The translations under genes and the position numbers were made by a program. From the IMG/VR virus record IMGVR_UViG_3300033150_000902, positions 1-60,459 of that record: 60,459 bases of DNA; one strand, 5' to 3'. The first letter of the stretch is position 1; the number at the start of each line of letters is the position of its first letter. The DNA is from a virus (lineage: Duplodnaviria; Caudoviricetes). The notes under the pieces were generated by a model, which worked only from the letters and a program-made list of their open reading frames with translations, made no database searches and was not told where the DNA came from. Below, in pieces: positions 30,196 to 39,941 of the stretch.

Positions 30196-32646
30196 CTAAG
30201 ATGTATAGGTTCTAAGCAACTCATTGAATGTAGTACTTTCTTCAGGTTCTTTTCCATCCAATACTTTGTCCAGTACCTTTCGTTTCTTGTCCAAAATATA
30301 GGCTATTGTCTCTTCGATTGTTTCTTGAGCGAGAAGGTAATATACATTCACGGCGTTCTTTTGCCCGATTCGGTGGCATCTATCTGTGGCTTGTTCTAGT
30401 TCCCCAGGAGTCCAAGGAAGCTCCAAGAAGGCCACATTAGATGCTGCCGTAAGCGAAATTCCTACGCCCGCCGCCTTGATATTGCCAACGAATAAGCGGC
30501 AGGAGTCATCTGTTTGGAACTTATCAACTGCATCTTGACGCGCTTGCTGAGATGTGGAGCCATCGATCTTGACAGCAACATTTTTGAACTCATCCATTAG
30601 AATGTCAATGGTCATCTTGTGTGTTGCAAATGCAATTAGTTTGCCATCCACTTCAAGAAAGTCTCGTATCCATTCAAGAGCATTGTTTATTTTGCCCTTG
30701 ACCGCCAATTGCTTTAAAGCCTCGATTTTGGCAAGAGCTTCTGCGTTTGAGGCCTTTTTTGCCGCTTCATCTCCTTTGTTACGCCGTATCCAATCAATAA
30801 AGTCTGATTCGGCCTTGTGATATTCTCTTCGATTGTTGATTTCGATAGGGACAATCGAATAGGTTTTGTCGGGCAGATCAGTTAGAACATCCTTTTTTCG
30901 CCGTCTGATCATAACCGTATTGGTAAGTTTTTCGTGGAGTTCTTCAGTGCGTGAGGCCCCTGTGAAGTCCCATCCAAATCCGGTGTGGCGGGCACCACAA
31001 TATCTTTGAGCATACTCCCAAAAGTTAGGAACTACCGTATCATCAATTAGCTTCAGCGCATTGTAAGCCTCGACAGGTCGGTTAACTATAGGTGTGCCTG
31101 ATAAAGCGATCACATGAGGGATATTCTTGCCAAGAGCCTTCACTGCCTTAGTTCTTTTAGCTTTGTTATTTTTGATGTAGTGACAATTATGAACTAAAAA
31201 TCCTTCTGCGTAATATGACGGGTGTCCTGAAACTTCGAGATTATAGACAGTACTTTCGGTAGATCGCTCTCTACTTGGTGATTCCAAAATCTCAATCCCT
31301 TCCACCCTAACTGTTCCAGGAACTTCATTTTCTTTTGGCATGAGATTAAAAACATCTGAAGGAGTTAATAGGCATCTATCTCTACAGTTTCTTGCAAGCG
31401 TCCATCCAACGTCAGTAAAGAAAGGGTGGTTCGGGGTTACCGTTATTTGTTTATTGTTCGACAGGCGGAGATTGATCAATTCTTTTGTTTTTCTTTTTCT
31501 TGCCTTCAATACTGTCCCTACTCCAATGGCGTTGTATACTTGGTCCCCTTCTCGGATGGTTTCTATGTTTTTATCCCCTTCAGGAGTGGATATTTTTGTG
31601 CCAGCAGGGAAACACTCATCTATGATCAATACCTTCGGTTTGATTGCTTGTAATTTTCCAAGCCATCCGGGCAAGATATCATAGTTGATTATGATTATAC
31701 TTCCTGTGATACGCTTGTTGGGTTTAGTCCCGGACAGACGTTGGACGCGGGGGTTTTCCAACCACCTTTTACATTCCCTCTCCCAATTAAGTTTAAGGGA
31801 GGCCGGAACGACTACAATAGCGGGTCGTTTTTCAGGGTGTAATTGCAACCAGGCGAGAGCTTGCGCGGTCTTGCCTAAACCCATCTCATCTGCTATAAGA
31901 GCCCTTCCATTCTTGGCTTCAATGAATCCCACTCCTTTCTTTTGGAATGGATACAAATCCATCTTGAGCCCAGGCACATCTATAGCCTCTACATCATCCA
32001 CGTGTATTTTTGATTTGGATAAGAATTCTTGAAGTCCCTCGTCTAATTCAAAGTCCCATGCCTGCAGGGCCTCCACCGCGTCGATTGTTAAAGGACACGT
32101 CCAAAATTTATCATGAGGGCCGTTGTTGTGGAACCTCCTTCTTGACAAGGTTTTGACGTGATCTACATCCTCTTTATTATAAGGAAACATAATTTTGATT
32201 GCGGGCTTCACCCAACCTTTGAAATGAACAAGTCGGGCATATTTGCGTGTTTGTGATGTTTGTAGCATTCTATGATCCGCAGGCACTTGAATATTCTCAT
32301 TCCAAGGTTCTTGTTTGGTAATGGAAGATTTGGGGAACCACATGTCTATCTTTTTATTTATGATTAATGACCTCAGATAGTTGATGTCATCTTGTGTGAG
32401 GTCATTGAGCACCTCTTTTCTGGCCCCCCAATCCTTTAGGCATTCTGGCCCGATTCCGATTAAGATGGAGCCCGGATGGGTGAGTGTTCTCCCGCAACGG
32501 GCACAAACGCCACGAGGATCAAGCTCGCCGTGTCCGTAAAGATATACAGCCTTGGCTGTCTCCTTGAGTGGAACGGCGACAAGGGAAGTGGGCACATCTT
32601 TGATCTTCGCCACCGCTGGTTTGATTTGATATCGTTTTGTTTTCAT
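30196..32646 (-). CDS. SNF2/SMARCAL1-like helicase with N-terminal DUF6011-like Zn motif; contains an intein
   Basis: ADEMGLGKT, DE|CH, LSGTPIVN, AAGVGISLT, QATDRCHRIGQ; N-terminal CARCGRTLTHPGSILIGIGPEC. Confidence 0.9.
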   Translation of the reverse strand: MKTKRYQIKPAVAKIKDVPTSLVAVPLKETAKAVYLYGHGELDPRGVCARCGRTLTHPGSILIGIGPECLKDWGARKEVLNDLTQDDINYLRSLIINKKIDMWFPKSSITKQEPWNENIQVPADHRMLQTSQTRKYARLVHFKGWVKPAIKIMFPYNKEDVDHVKTLSRRRFHNNGPHDKFWTCPLTIDAVEALQAWDFELDEGLQEFLSKSKIHVDDVEAIDVPGLKMDLYPFQKKGVGFIEAKNGRALIADEMGLGKTAQALAWLQLHPEKRPAIVVVPASLKLNWERECKRWLENPRVQRLSGTKPNKRITGSIIIINYDILPGWLGKLQAIKPKVLIIDECFPAGTKISTPEGDKNIETIREGDQVYNAIGVGTVLKARKRKTKELINLRLSNNKQITVTPNHPFFTDVGWTLARNCRDRCLLTPSDVFNLMPKENEVPGTVRVEGIEILESPSRERSTESTVYNLEVSGHPSYYAEGFLVHNCHYIKNNKAKRTKAVKALGKNIPHVIALSGTPIVNRPVEAYNALKLIDDTVVPNFWEYAQRYCGARHTGFGWDFTGASRTEELHEKLTNTVMIRRRKKDVLTDLPDKTYSIVPIEINNRREYHKAESDFIDWIRRNKGDEAAKKASNAEALAKIEALKQLAVKGKINNALEWIRDFLEVDGKLIAFATHKMTIDILMDEFKNVAVKIDGSTSQQARQDAVDKFQTDDSCRLFVGNIKAAGVGISLTAASNVAFLELPWTPGELEQATDRCHRIGQKNAVNVYYLLAQETIEETIAYILDKKRKVLDKVLDGKEPEESTTFNELLRTYTS
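31186..31614 (-). mobile_element. Mini-intein (143 aa) in the helicase DECH motif
   Basis: Starts CFPAGT, block B TPNHPF, ends VYNLEV...FLVHN, followed by Cys+1; no LAGLIDADG blocks. Confidence 0.92.
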
Positions 32647-32901
32647 AGACAGCTCCTTCTTTTCAAGGTTTTATGTCTATCTTTCTTTTTTCTTGCTATG
32701 ATCGTTTTTCTGCTATAACCATTCCAAGAATGGTCATCAAAGCGAGGCCCGCGAAATTAACTAGTGGAAAATAAGGGCCTTCCGAGCAGACTATAAGAAT
32801 TGAACAGCCTAACAGTAAGCCGAGAATGATGTCAATTATCATTTATGCCCTCCTATTTCTGTCTTTTTATTGGTTTGCAATGTTTATACGGAGCTTCTAT
32901 T

Positions 32902-33558
32902 TTATTCCTCCTCAAATTCCCATGCTTCTGAAAAATCACGATCCGCGAATAATTCCGCTAACCCCGCAATTTGTTTTAATCGTAAAACCTCGTCTGGCTC
33001 CATTCCTAATTCTTTTCCAATTCGTTTGTCGCTCCAGTTGCGGCGCGAAAGTTCTACAATGATATCACTCATTGATTCAATTTGGTGTTTTCCTCGCGCA
33101 CGATTGTGTCTTATTGTTGCGGCTATACGATCATTGCGGCCCTGTCGTTCTTTATTGATAATAGAAAGAGGTAAATATCCTCTTAATCGTTTCTTGATTT
33201 TTTGTGATTCTTTGCCTACTCTGTTACGATGGAATCCGTCAACAACTTCATAACCATTTTCCCCCAACCATGCTACAATGGGTTGGGTGAAACCATCCAT
33301 GCCTATTGAATGTTCTAATAAGCGCATTTCTGGCGGAGCGACCACGTTTGGATTATAATCATTGGCATTAACCGATTCCGCATCAATCCAAAGCACACAA
33401 TCAACCGGCTCTTTGTGCATAGGACTGACTTCGTGCAAGGCAAGCTTGACATGATTAAGCACCTCAATTTTTTCATTGTCTGACAGCATGTTTATTTGTT
33501 CGCAGATGGATTTTATTTGTTCCAGTATTTTTGTGCCTAATAATCCAATATCCCCCAT
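32902..33558 (-). CDS. ibrB: ParB-like protein, IbrB family
   Basis: ANDYNPNVVAPPEM, GFTQPIV, VVDGFHR, TIRHNRARGKH. Confidence 0.8.
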   Translation of the reverse strand: MGDIGLLGTKILEQIKSICEQINMLSDNEKIEVLNHVKLALHEVSPMHKEPVDCVLWIDAESVNANDYNPNVVAPPEMRLLEHSIGMDGFTQPIVAWLGENGYEVVDGFHRNRVGKESQKIKKRLRGYLPLSIINKERQGRNDRIAATIRHNRARGKHQIESMSDIIVELSRRNWSDKRIGKELGMEPDEVLRLKQIAGLAELFADRDFSEAWEFEEE

Positions 33559-34748
33559 TGACGTCTCCTTTTTTTCATCATTTTCATGTAGTTATCGTAT
33601 GCGGGCGATTTATGCTGACTGAAAGACAGGCCCTTGCACCAGTAATCGTTACGTAGCAAGGCCTTGCAAATGCGCCGCCAGGACGGCACTTTCCGCGCCG
33701 CTTCGTCTTTCGGATCGGCCTCATCTGGTATGCCGTGCGGATATCCACGGTCTTGCCACCAGTGCAGGAACACCGCGATTTTGTTTTTGTAATGCTCCTG
33801 TCTTGGGGCGGGGAGACTTTCTAAAATCAGCTTGGCGAACGATTCCCATGTATGTCCTTCCGGGCGGGTTATTTTAAGGTTGCCTAAAATGTTGCCGGAC
33901 TCGCGTGCGTAAAGTGCTCCCTGATTAGCTCCATTGACACGGGCAACAACTCTCCCCCATGTTTCCGGCTCTATGATTTGGAATAACCATAACCCCTTGC
34001 GTTGATCGTCTCCATACGGCTGGCAAATCCGCTGCATGTGGATTGACAAGCCTGCTTTTTGCATCAGGTCATAGAGGCGGTTATAAGGCTTTTTAAATTT
34101 GCCTGTATACGTCCAGACATCTTCCGTCCGCCAATCATAGATCGGGTAGACGTTAAAAAGAGTCTTGCCTACATATGTTGTCCAGGCATGTCCCTCAAAG
34201 CTTGCTTTTTTGCCCATGATCGTGCGGAAACGGTTAAGACTTTCATCTGTCCGAATTCCAACAAAACAAGCCGTTAATTCTCCTTTGGCGTACCAATGGC
34301 CGAATAACGGCACAAACTCCTCAAACTCCATGCCGCGCCAAAAAAAGGGGAAGAAATTCTCATCGGTAATAGCTATTTCTGGTGGCTTGCGCACCCAGGC
34401 TTCTTGTTTATCAGGGTCCCAGCACAACCACTGCGGCTCAAACATAGAAACCGCGTTACGCAGATTGATGGGCAAGGCTACCCAATAGGGTGTGATATGA
34501 TCACGATAGAGATCATAACACTCCAATATATGCTCTATGGTGAGCTTATACTGGGCCTCCAGATCGACAAATAACACGCCGACCTCGCGATCTCTTTTAA
34601 TGGCTTCTTCCATTACCAGATGGAGCATGACGGATGAATCTTTTCCGCCCGAAAAAGAAACATAAACTTTCTGAAACGTATCAAACGTCCATGAAATACG
34701 ATCCCGTGCGGCGGTCAAAACATCTATGCCTAATGGTTTTTTAGCCAT
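33537..34748 (-). CDS. ibrA: PAPS-reductase-like/DUF3440 protein, IbrA family
   Basis: PP-loop SFSGGKDS, GIRTDESLNR, YPIYDW, RICQPYG, NDYWCKGLSF. Confidence 0.85.
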   Translation of the reverse strand: MAKKPLGIDVLTAARDRISWTFDTFQKVYVSFSGGKDSSVMLHLVMEEAIKRDREVGVLFVDLEAQYKLTIEHILECYDLYRDHITPYWVALPINLRNAVSMFEPQWLCWDPDKQEAWVRKPPEIAITDENFFPFFWRGMEFEEFVPLFGHWYAKGELTACFVGIRTDESLNRFRTIMGKKASFEGHAWTTYVGKTLFNVYPIYDWRTEDVWTYTGKFKKPYNRLYDLMQKAGLSIHMQRICQPYGDDQRKGLWLFQIIEPETWGRVVARVNGANQGALYARESGNILGNLKITRPEGHTWESFAKLILESLPAPRQEHYKNKIAVFLHWWQDRGYPHGIPDEADPKDEAARKVPSWRRICKALLRNDYWCKGLSFSQHKSPAYDNYMKMMKKRRRQWGILDY

Positions 34749-35137
34749 TCTTCAACCTTGCTTTTATCTATTCTTTCTGTGCGATTATTTTTTATCTCGC
34801 AGAAATATCTGTCAATTTTACGCCAGCTTTGCGGTGAGCTGACTTCATAAACTTTTCCTTCTTCAAGCCAGTAATACTTATATATGCCGCGACTTCCGAC
34901 ACTATTTGCTTCCGCGTAATCTATGTTAGGCCGCAAAAATTTGCGCTCAAAGCCGTATTTGGTGCTAAGGCCGACTATTTCCGCGACCCAGGCCCGTGAC
35001 TTTAACACATTTTTTAAAAGTATATATGCCATTGGGTCTAATGAAGGCTTAACGCCAATGTCTTCTATTCCGATAGCGACTCTAGGCATAATATACTTCT
35101 CCACGGGCCTTTCCTTCAAATTCATCACGGGAAACAC
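34730..35137 (-). CDS. Hypothetical protein coupled to the IbrA-like gene
   Basis: AWVAEI.G...YGFERKFL...DY..ANS.GSRG; overlaps the ibrA start. Confidence 0.55.
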   Translation of the reverse strand: MFPVMNLKERPVEKYIMPRVAIGIEDIGVKPSLDPMAYILLKNVLKSRAWVAEIVGLSTKYGFERKFLRPNIDYAEANSVGSRGIYKYYWLEEGKVYEVSSPQSWRKIDRYFCEIKNNRTERIDKSKVEEWLKNH

Positions 35138-35618
35138 TGGCCCATTTTAGTAATGAGAGGCCAGCCGGGAAATAACTCCACTGCTCCCCTGTCTCTGATT
35201 TATTAATTTTAACCGCCTCGATTACCAATTCTCGTTGGCCAGGCGTGGGGGATTGAGACGGATTATCAATATGCAGATATCCAATAGTCCCTGGGAAAAC
35301 TATTGGCGGAGGACCATAATGCGCAAGGCTGTTAGGAGTATTGCCGACTTTAATTTCACCAGTGAAGAAAAGCCCGGACAGCGGATGATCGTAGCCGTCC
35401 GCGTATTTTCCGGGGATAACTTGGCGACCTTTAACAATCATACCATTCCAATCGCCACCCGGCGAGTCAATGATTTCGACAACCGGCACATCCGGCGTGT
35501 CCTCGTCAACGTCAAAAAATAAAGATTCTTTTTGCCATTTCAAAACACCTCTAAAACTCGTATTGCTCCAAGTTCCACGAGTGTTCCATGTTACTATAAT
35601 TTCTGCTTTATCTTTCAT
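35082..35618 (-). CDS. Hypothetical protein
   Basis: RBS GAGGAGG; in the early operon. Confidence 0.5.
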   Translation of the reverse strand: MKDKAEIIVTWNTRGTWSNTSFRGVLKWQKESLFFDVDEDTPDVPVVEIIDSPGGDWNGMIVKGRQVIPGKYADGYDHPLSGLFFTGEIKVGNTPNSLAHYGPPPIVFPGTIGYLHIDNPSQSPTPGQRELVIEAVKINKSETGEQWSYFPAGLSLLKWASVSRDEFEGKARGEVYYA

Positions 35619-36372
35619 TTTTCTTTCCTCCTCTTATCACTCACCATACACTCACGCAAGTTGATAATGACGCGGTTTGGAATAGTCCCTGACTTTATAT
35701 TCTGGCCAGGGACACTGATAAATTTTTGTTGGCCCGACTGTGACGGCGGGGCCAGCAGGTGCGGTACGGAGAATTTCTCCGTCCGTCGCGAGCTCTTGCC
35801 AGGTCAGAGAGCCACGATCAAAGCACAACTCCCTGACTTGTACTTTGCGTACTAGGTGATAGATTATCACCCTGGCGCGCTCATCCGGGATGGCCTGCCA
35901 ACTCTCACCCGGCCTACATCGCCGCTCATCACGACGGGCAACCAGCGCGACCTTGCGGCCAGCATTAGTAGTAATAGTGCTGGCTTGACCACCCAGCAAC
36001 ACAACGGCCCGGTATCCGCCCCTTGACGGACTACCGGGCACTACCAAGATAACGTCCCCCTTGTCAACCTGGGGGACAACGCGGGCTATTACGCCCATAT
36101 TATAAGGTTTTTTATTTTTCATTCCCAATGCTCCTCCGACATGCCGGGCACAAATACAGGGTCTCACCTGTACGTGGGTACTGGACTCGCTTAATGGTTC
36201 CCCTGGGAACCAAGAGTGAGCACCCAAACCGGCCAGGCTTTTCCGTGCGCCCGCAAAAGTCGCAGATATATTTATCTCTTCCCCTCATTGTTTTTCCTCC
36301 TCCTTCCTTCTTTAGTCAACCACTCCATCAAGCCCGCCCTCTTTTCAAGAACGGGCAAGACGCAGGGGTTAT

Positions 36373-36624
36373 TTATAGAATCTCGCAAGGCCGGAAGTCC
36401 GCTACGCGCTTGACGCCGCTTTCATCTATCAAGCGTATGGCCATCATAAGTATTGGCTGGCCATAGGCGTCATGCCCGTTCCGGGCAATCGCCTTAATAT
36501 CATCCCAATCACTAATCAGGGTATGGTACCATAAATGGGTCCCATCCTCGCGTCGGACATATAACTGATCAAGCCCAATCACCTTGGCTCCTGGATAGAT
36601 TTTTTCTATTACGCTCATTTTCAA
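36373..36624 (-). CDS. Hypothetical protein
   Basis: RBS AGGAGG; coupled to the upstream gene. Confidence 0.5.
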   Translation of the reverse strand: MKMSVIEKIYPGAKVIGLDQLYVRREDGTHLWYHTLISDWDDIKAIARNGHDAYGQPILMMAIRLIDESGVKRVADFRPCEIL

Positions 36625-36908
36625 TCATCCTCCTTGGTCACTACGTAAGTGACTGGTTCCTCCGCGATCTTGCGCAGGGTCTCAATGTCTAATTCTTTAC
36701 CCCGCATCTCCGGGGTTAAGGCCAGGGGAATCTCGGTCACCCTAGCCGCCTCAGCCGCCAAAAAAAGAGGCAGGACACCATACACGTGCCTGCCTCTGAC
36801 GTCCTCGACGCTGGCGTGGGTTAAGACTTCCACGCCGTCGCCGACCAGTCCCTGTTCCCGGAGATAATCCGCGAGAGCAGGGTGACGTGTTATGATTATT
36901 TTTGTCAT
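36621..36908 (-). CDS. csx16: Csx16 (VVA1548)-like protein, candidate cOA ring nuclease
   Basis: IITRHPAL..YL...G, V.G.LPL.LAA, RGKEL pattern as in the Csx16 family; 95 aa; no cas locus nearby. Confidence 0.65.
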   Translation of the reverse strand: MTKIIITRHPALADYLREQGLVGDGVEVLTHASVEDVRGRHVYGVLPLFLAAEAARVTEIPLALTPEMRGKELDIETLRKIAEEPVTYVVTKEDD

Positions 36909-36909
36909 T

Positions 36910-37149
36910 TTAGACAGCCCTCTTTCCGTACTCTTCCCAAATTCTCATCAAGGGAAGAACAACAGCGGTCAGGGATACCGAATTGGATACTGATCGCCCT
37001 ACTCGAACAGCACCATTCTTACCAACAAAATGGAACTGTTCTTTCCTCAGCGGGTTCATGAATTTACGATATTTCCGGGAAGAACTTGGAACCTCCTGAA
37101 ACCCCTTCCCTTCAATTAAGTACCGCGCCAATCTGTCTTGTAGTTTCAT
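36910..37149 (-). CDS. Hypothetical early protein
   Basis: RBS GGAGG; first gene of the leftward unit; FVGKNGAVRVGR. Confidence 0.55.
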   Translation of the reverse strand: MKLQDRLARYLIEGKGFQEVPSSSRKYRKFMNPLRKEQFHFVGKNGAVRVGRSVSNSVSLTAVVLPLMRIWEEYGKRAV

Positions 37150-37560
37150 GATTGAACATCCCTCCGAAGGTGGGATAGGGACAGGTCACCGGCCCTGCCC
37201 CTGACAGGTTTTTTGATGCTGGCCTCCGGCGAGGTCTGTAGGTGATTAATCATGGCCTTACTATACTATAGTGCGCCATATATACAACAGCGATATATAA
37301 CGATATGGAGCGATTATGAGCGATTATCGCCAAATATCGTCCAATTTCTCATTTTTTCGTAGAAATTCTTCGATTTTTGGTGCATTTTAAAGTAACTTAG
37401 TGATATTATTGAGAAAAATAATATTTTATTAATTATCTAATAAATTCAATAAGTTATTCTAAAAATCAAAAAAAATTGAATTTTTTTGTCATTTTTTCGC
37501 CGTGAAATGAAAAAAAATTATATAATATATGTAGACACGGCCACAAATAGGAGGTCAGGA
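37150..37560. promoter_or_regulatory. Divergent AT-rich control region; rightward promoter motif at 37481-37535
   Basis: Strand switch point; TATAAT at about 37521; motif repeated at 47824-47876. Confidence 0.65.
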
Positions 37561-37561
37561 C

Positions 37562-37951
37562 GTGCATTGGACGCTTAATGGCAGATGGATACCACCGGAG
37601 CCGTCGAAACTGCCCTCAATCATCATAGAGCAGATACCTGATCTCCAATACTGGTCTGGAGAGAGCCTGGAGACATTCCACTTAGGACTGCTCCAACTTA
37701 TGATAGATATGGCTAAGTCAATCGACGACGAAAAAAGAAGATTGACTTTTTTTATTCGCAGAACCGAAAGAAAAATAAAAATAATTGAAAGACTGGCAAA
37801 AAGTCCTGCAACCCAAACGATTGCACTACGGCGAATATATGATCTGCTTCTCTGGTGTGAAGGGCATTCCCCCTTGCCTGGTTTTGGGATGTCCAACCGT
37901 TTTGGAAATAGTTTATTTATAGACCCGGAAAGACAGTCTATCCGTGTGTAG
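37562..37951 (+). CDS. Hypothetical protein
   Basis: RBS AGGAGG before GTG; first rightward gene. Confidence 0.5.
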   Translation: MHWTLNGRWIPPEPSKLPSIIIEQIPDLQYWSGESLETFHLGLLQLMIDMAKSIDDEKRRLTFFIRRTERKIKIIERLAKSPATQTIALRRIYDLLLWCEGHSPLPGFGMSNRFGNSLFIDPERQSIRV

Positions 37952-37983
37952 ACCAAACAATAAGGAAAGGAGAAAAAAATCAA

Positions 37984-38592
37984 ATGGAAATTAAAAGAAG
38001 TCAGTTAAGTGCCGTGGCTAAAGAATTAAATGAGGTTCTTGGTCTTGAGCCTCCTATTGATTTTAAAGCTCCTGTCGGTGAATTAATGGAACAACTTGAA
38101 GAGGCTATTACTCTGATTGATCCTGTTGATGATGAGTTTACGCCCGAAACACAAGCGGTAATTGATCAATTAATGAAGGAAGAGAAACAAGAGGAACAGG
38201 AGAAACAAGAGGAACAGGAGGAAGAAGAGGGGAAGGAAACGCAAGAAGAACAAGAGAAACCAGAAGAGGAACAGCAGGAGGAATCACAAGAGGAAGAACA
38301 AGAAGAGGAAATACAGGAGGAAGATACGCAAGAAATTGTAGAGCCTCAGAAAGCCTTACAAGAAGAGGAATCCCAGGAGCCCCCAAAGAAAAAGAAGGGA
38401 AAATCTTATTTTGCAAAAATTGATGCGTTCATTGAGGATACTGACAAGCCTTTCACAATTGAGGACGTCACAAAACAAGTTGGATGTTCAAAACAGTACG
38501 TGTACTCCTATTTTCCGGCATTAGTTAAAGCTGGAGTATTGATTAAGAGCAGAAACGGGCGTACTGTCATCTTTCAGAAAAAAAATAAGTGA
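37984..38592 (+). CDS. Acidic low-complexity protein with C-terminal winged HTH
   Basis: E/Q-rich linker; FTIEDVTKQVGCSKQYVYSYFPALVKAGVL. Confidence 0.6.
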   Translation: MEIKRSQLSAVAKELNEVLGLEPPIDFKAPVGELMEQLEEAITLIDPVDDEFTPETQAVIDQLMKEEKQEEQEKQEEQEEEEGKETQEEQEKPEEEQQEESQEEEQEEEIQEEDTQEIVEPQKALQEEESQEPPKKKKGKSYFAKIDAFIEDTDKPFTIEDVTKQVGCSKQYVYSYFPALVKAGVLIKSRNGRTVIFQKKNK

Positions 38593-38911
38593 ATGAGTGA
38601 TCATTAAAGGAGAAGAGCAGATGAATAGCGAGGAAATGCTCAAAAAGGAATTGCCTGAGGGATGTATCTTTCACAATCGAAGCCGTCTTGGCGAAAAGCC
38701 AGATTGGGTGATTGTCCCATCAAAAAAGAAAGGGGAAATACAAAAGTATCTGATCATTTATGAAGATAATGTGTATGGTGCCGTTTACGAAAATTTTAAA
38801 GGAACCTTCAAGGAAGCTTTAATCAGAGCTAAAGAAGATGGCAGGTCATACCAGATCAAGGTCTGACGCACGGATCGCCCTTAACCGAATGAAAGGAGAA
38901 AAAATAAAATA

Positions 38912-39928
38912 ATGGAAAAACAAGATTTATTGACGGCGTTGGAAAAAGTGAAACCGGGATTGGCCAACAAGGAAATGATTGAACAGACAACGTCTTTTGC
39001 TTTTATGAATGGATACGTTGTTACTTATAACGACGAGATCAGCGTGTCGCATCCTTTGCCGGATTTAAAAATTGAAGGGGCTGTAAAAGCAAAAGAACTG
39101 CACTCCTTGTTGAATAAATTAAAAGATGATCAGTTAAATCTATCCATAGAAGGGTCTGAATTGCTGATAGCCTGCGGCAAGGCAAAAGCAGGTTTGACTT
39201 TCCAGACAAAAATAAATCTGCCTTTGGACGATCTTGGTGATCCTGGTGAATGGAGATGGGAACCGCTCCCGGATAGCTTTTTAAATGCGGTCAGGTTTTC
39301 GATCTTTTCCTGCTCTAATGACGTGTCCATGCCAGTTTTAGGCTGTTTGCATATTAGTGACCAGGGAATAGTTGAGGCCTGCGATAACTACAGATTAACA
39401 AGGTACAATCTCAAAGATAAAATGCCGGTTTCCACATTTCTTTTGCCTGCGACTTCCGCAAAAGAACTGGTTAAATACAGTCCTGTTGAAATTGCGGAAA
39501 CAGCGGGATGGATTCACTTTAAAACGGATGAGGGAACTTTTTTTCACGCCAGGGTTTACCAGGGAAATTACCCGGATACGTCCACGCTCTTGGCTGTGGA
39601 AGGAAGGAATTTGGTCTTGCCTGATGGGCTGTCTGACGCGCTCGATAAGGCAATGATATTTTCAAAACAAGAAAATTTTATTGATGAGTACGTCAATATT
39701 ACTTTATGGGACGGGCGCATGACAGTGCACGCCAAATCCGATGCGGGATGGTTTGAAGAAGAATTGGAGTTTCAATATATCGGGGAAGATATTACGTTTT
39801 CTATTAATCCCACCTTTCTGAAGCAAATACATGAAAAAATCAAAGAGTGCACTTTGGGGAAAGATAAAATTAAATTTGAAGGGGATGAAAAAACACATGT
39901 AGTGGCGTTGCACGCAACTAACGATTAA
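38912..39928 (+). CDS. dnaN: DNA sliding clamp (beta/DnaN-like)
   Basis: 338 aa; ACDNYRL, GNYPD, INPTFL; replication context. Confidence 0.75.
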   Translation: MEKQDLLTALEKVKPGLANKEMIEQTTSFAFMNGYVVTYNDEISVSHPLPDLKIEGAVKAKELHSLLNKLKDDQLNLSIEGSELLIACGKAKAGLTFQTKINLPLDDLGDPGEWRWEPLPDSFLNAVRFSIFSCSNDVSMPVLGCLHISDQGIVEACDNYRLTRYNLKDKMPVSTFLLPATSAKELVKYSPVEIAETAGWIHFKTDEGTFFHARVYQGNYPDTSTLLAVEGRNLVLPDGLSDALDKAMIFSKQENFIDEYVNITLWDGRMTVHAKSDAGWFEEELEFQYIGEDITFSINPTFLKQIHEKIKECTLGKDKIKFEGDEKTHVVALHATND

Positions 39929-39941
39929 AAGGATTTAACCT

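Noticed and set aside
38180-38340. Purine-rich repeat element
   Set aside because: Low-complexity Glu/Gln coding linker.
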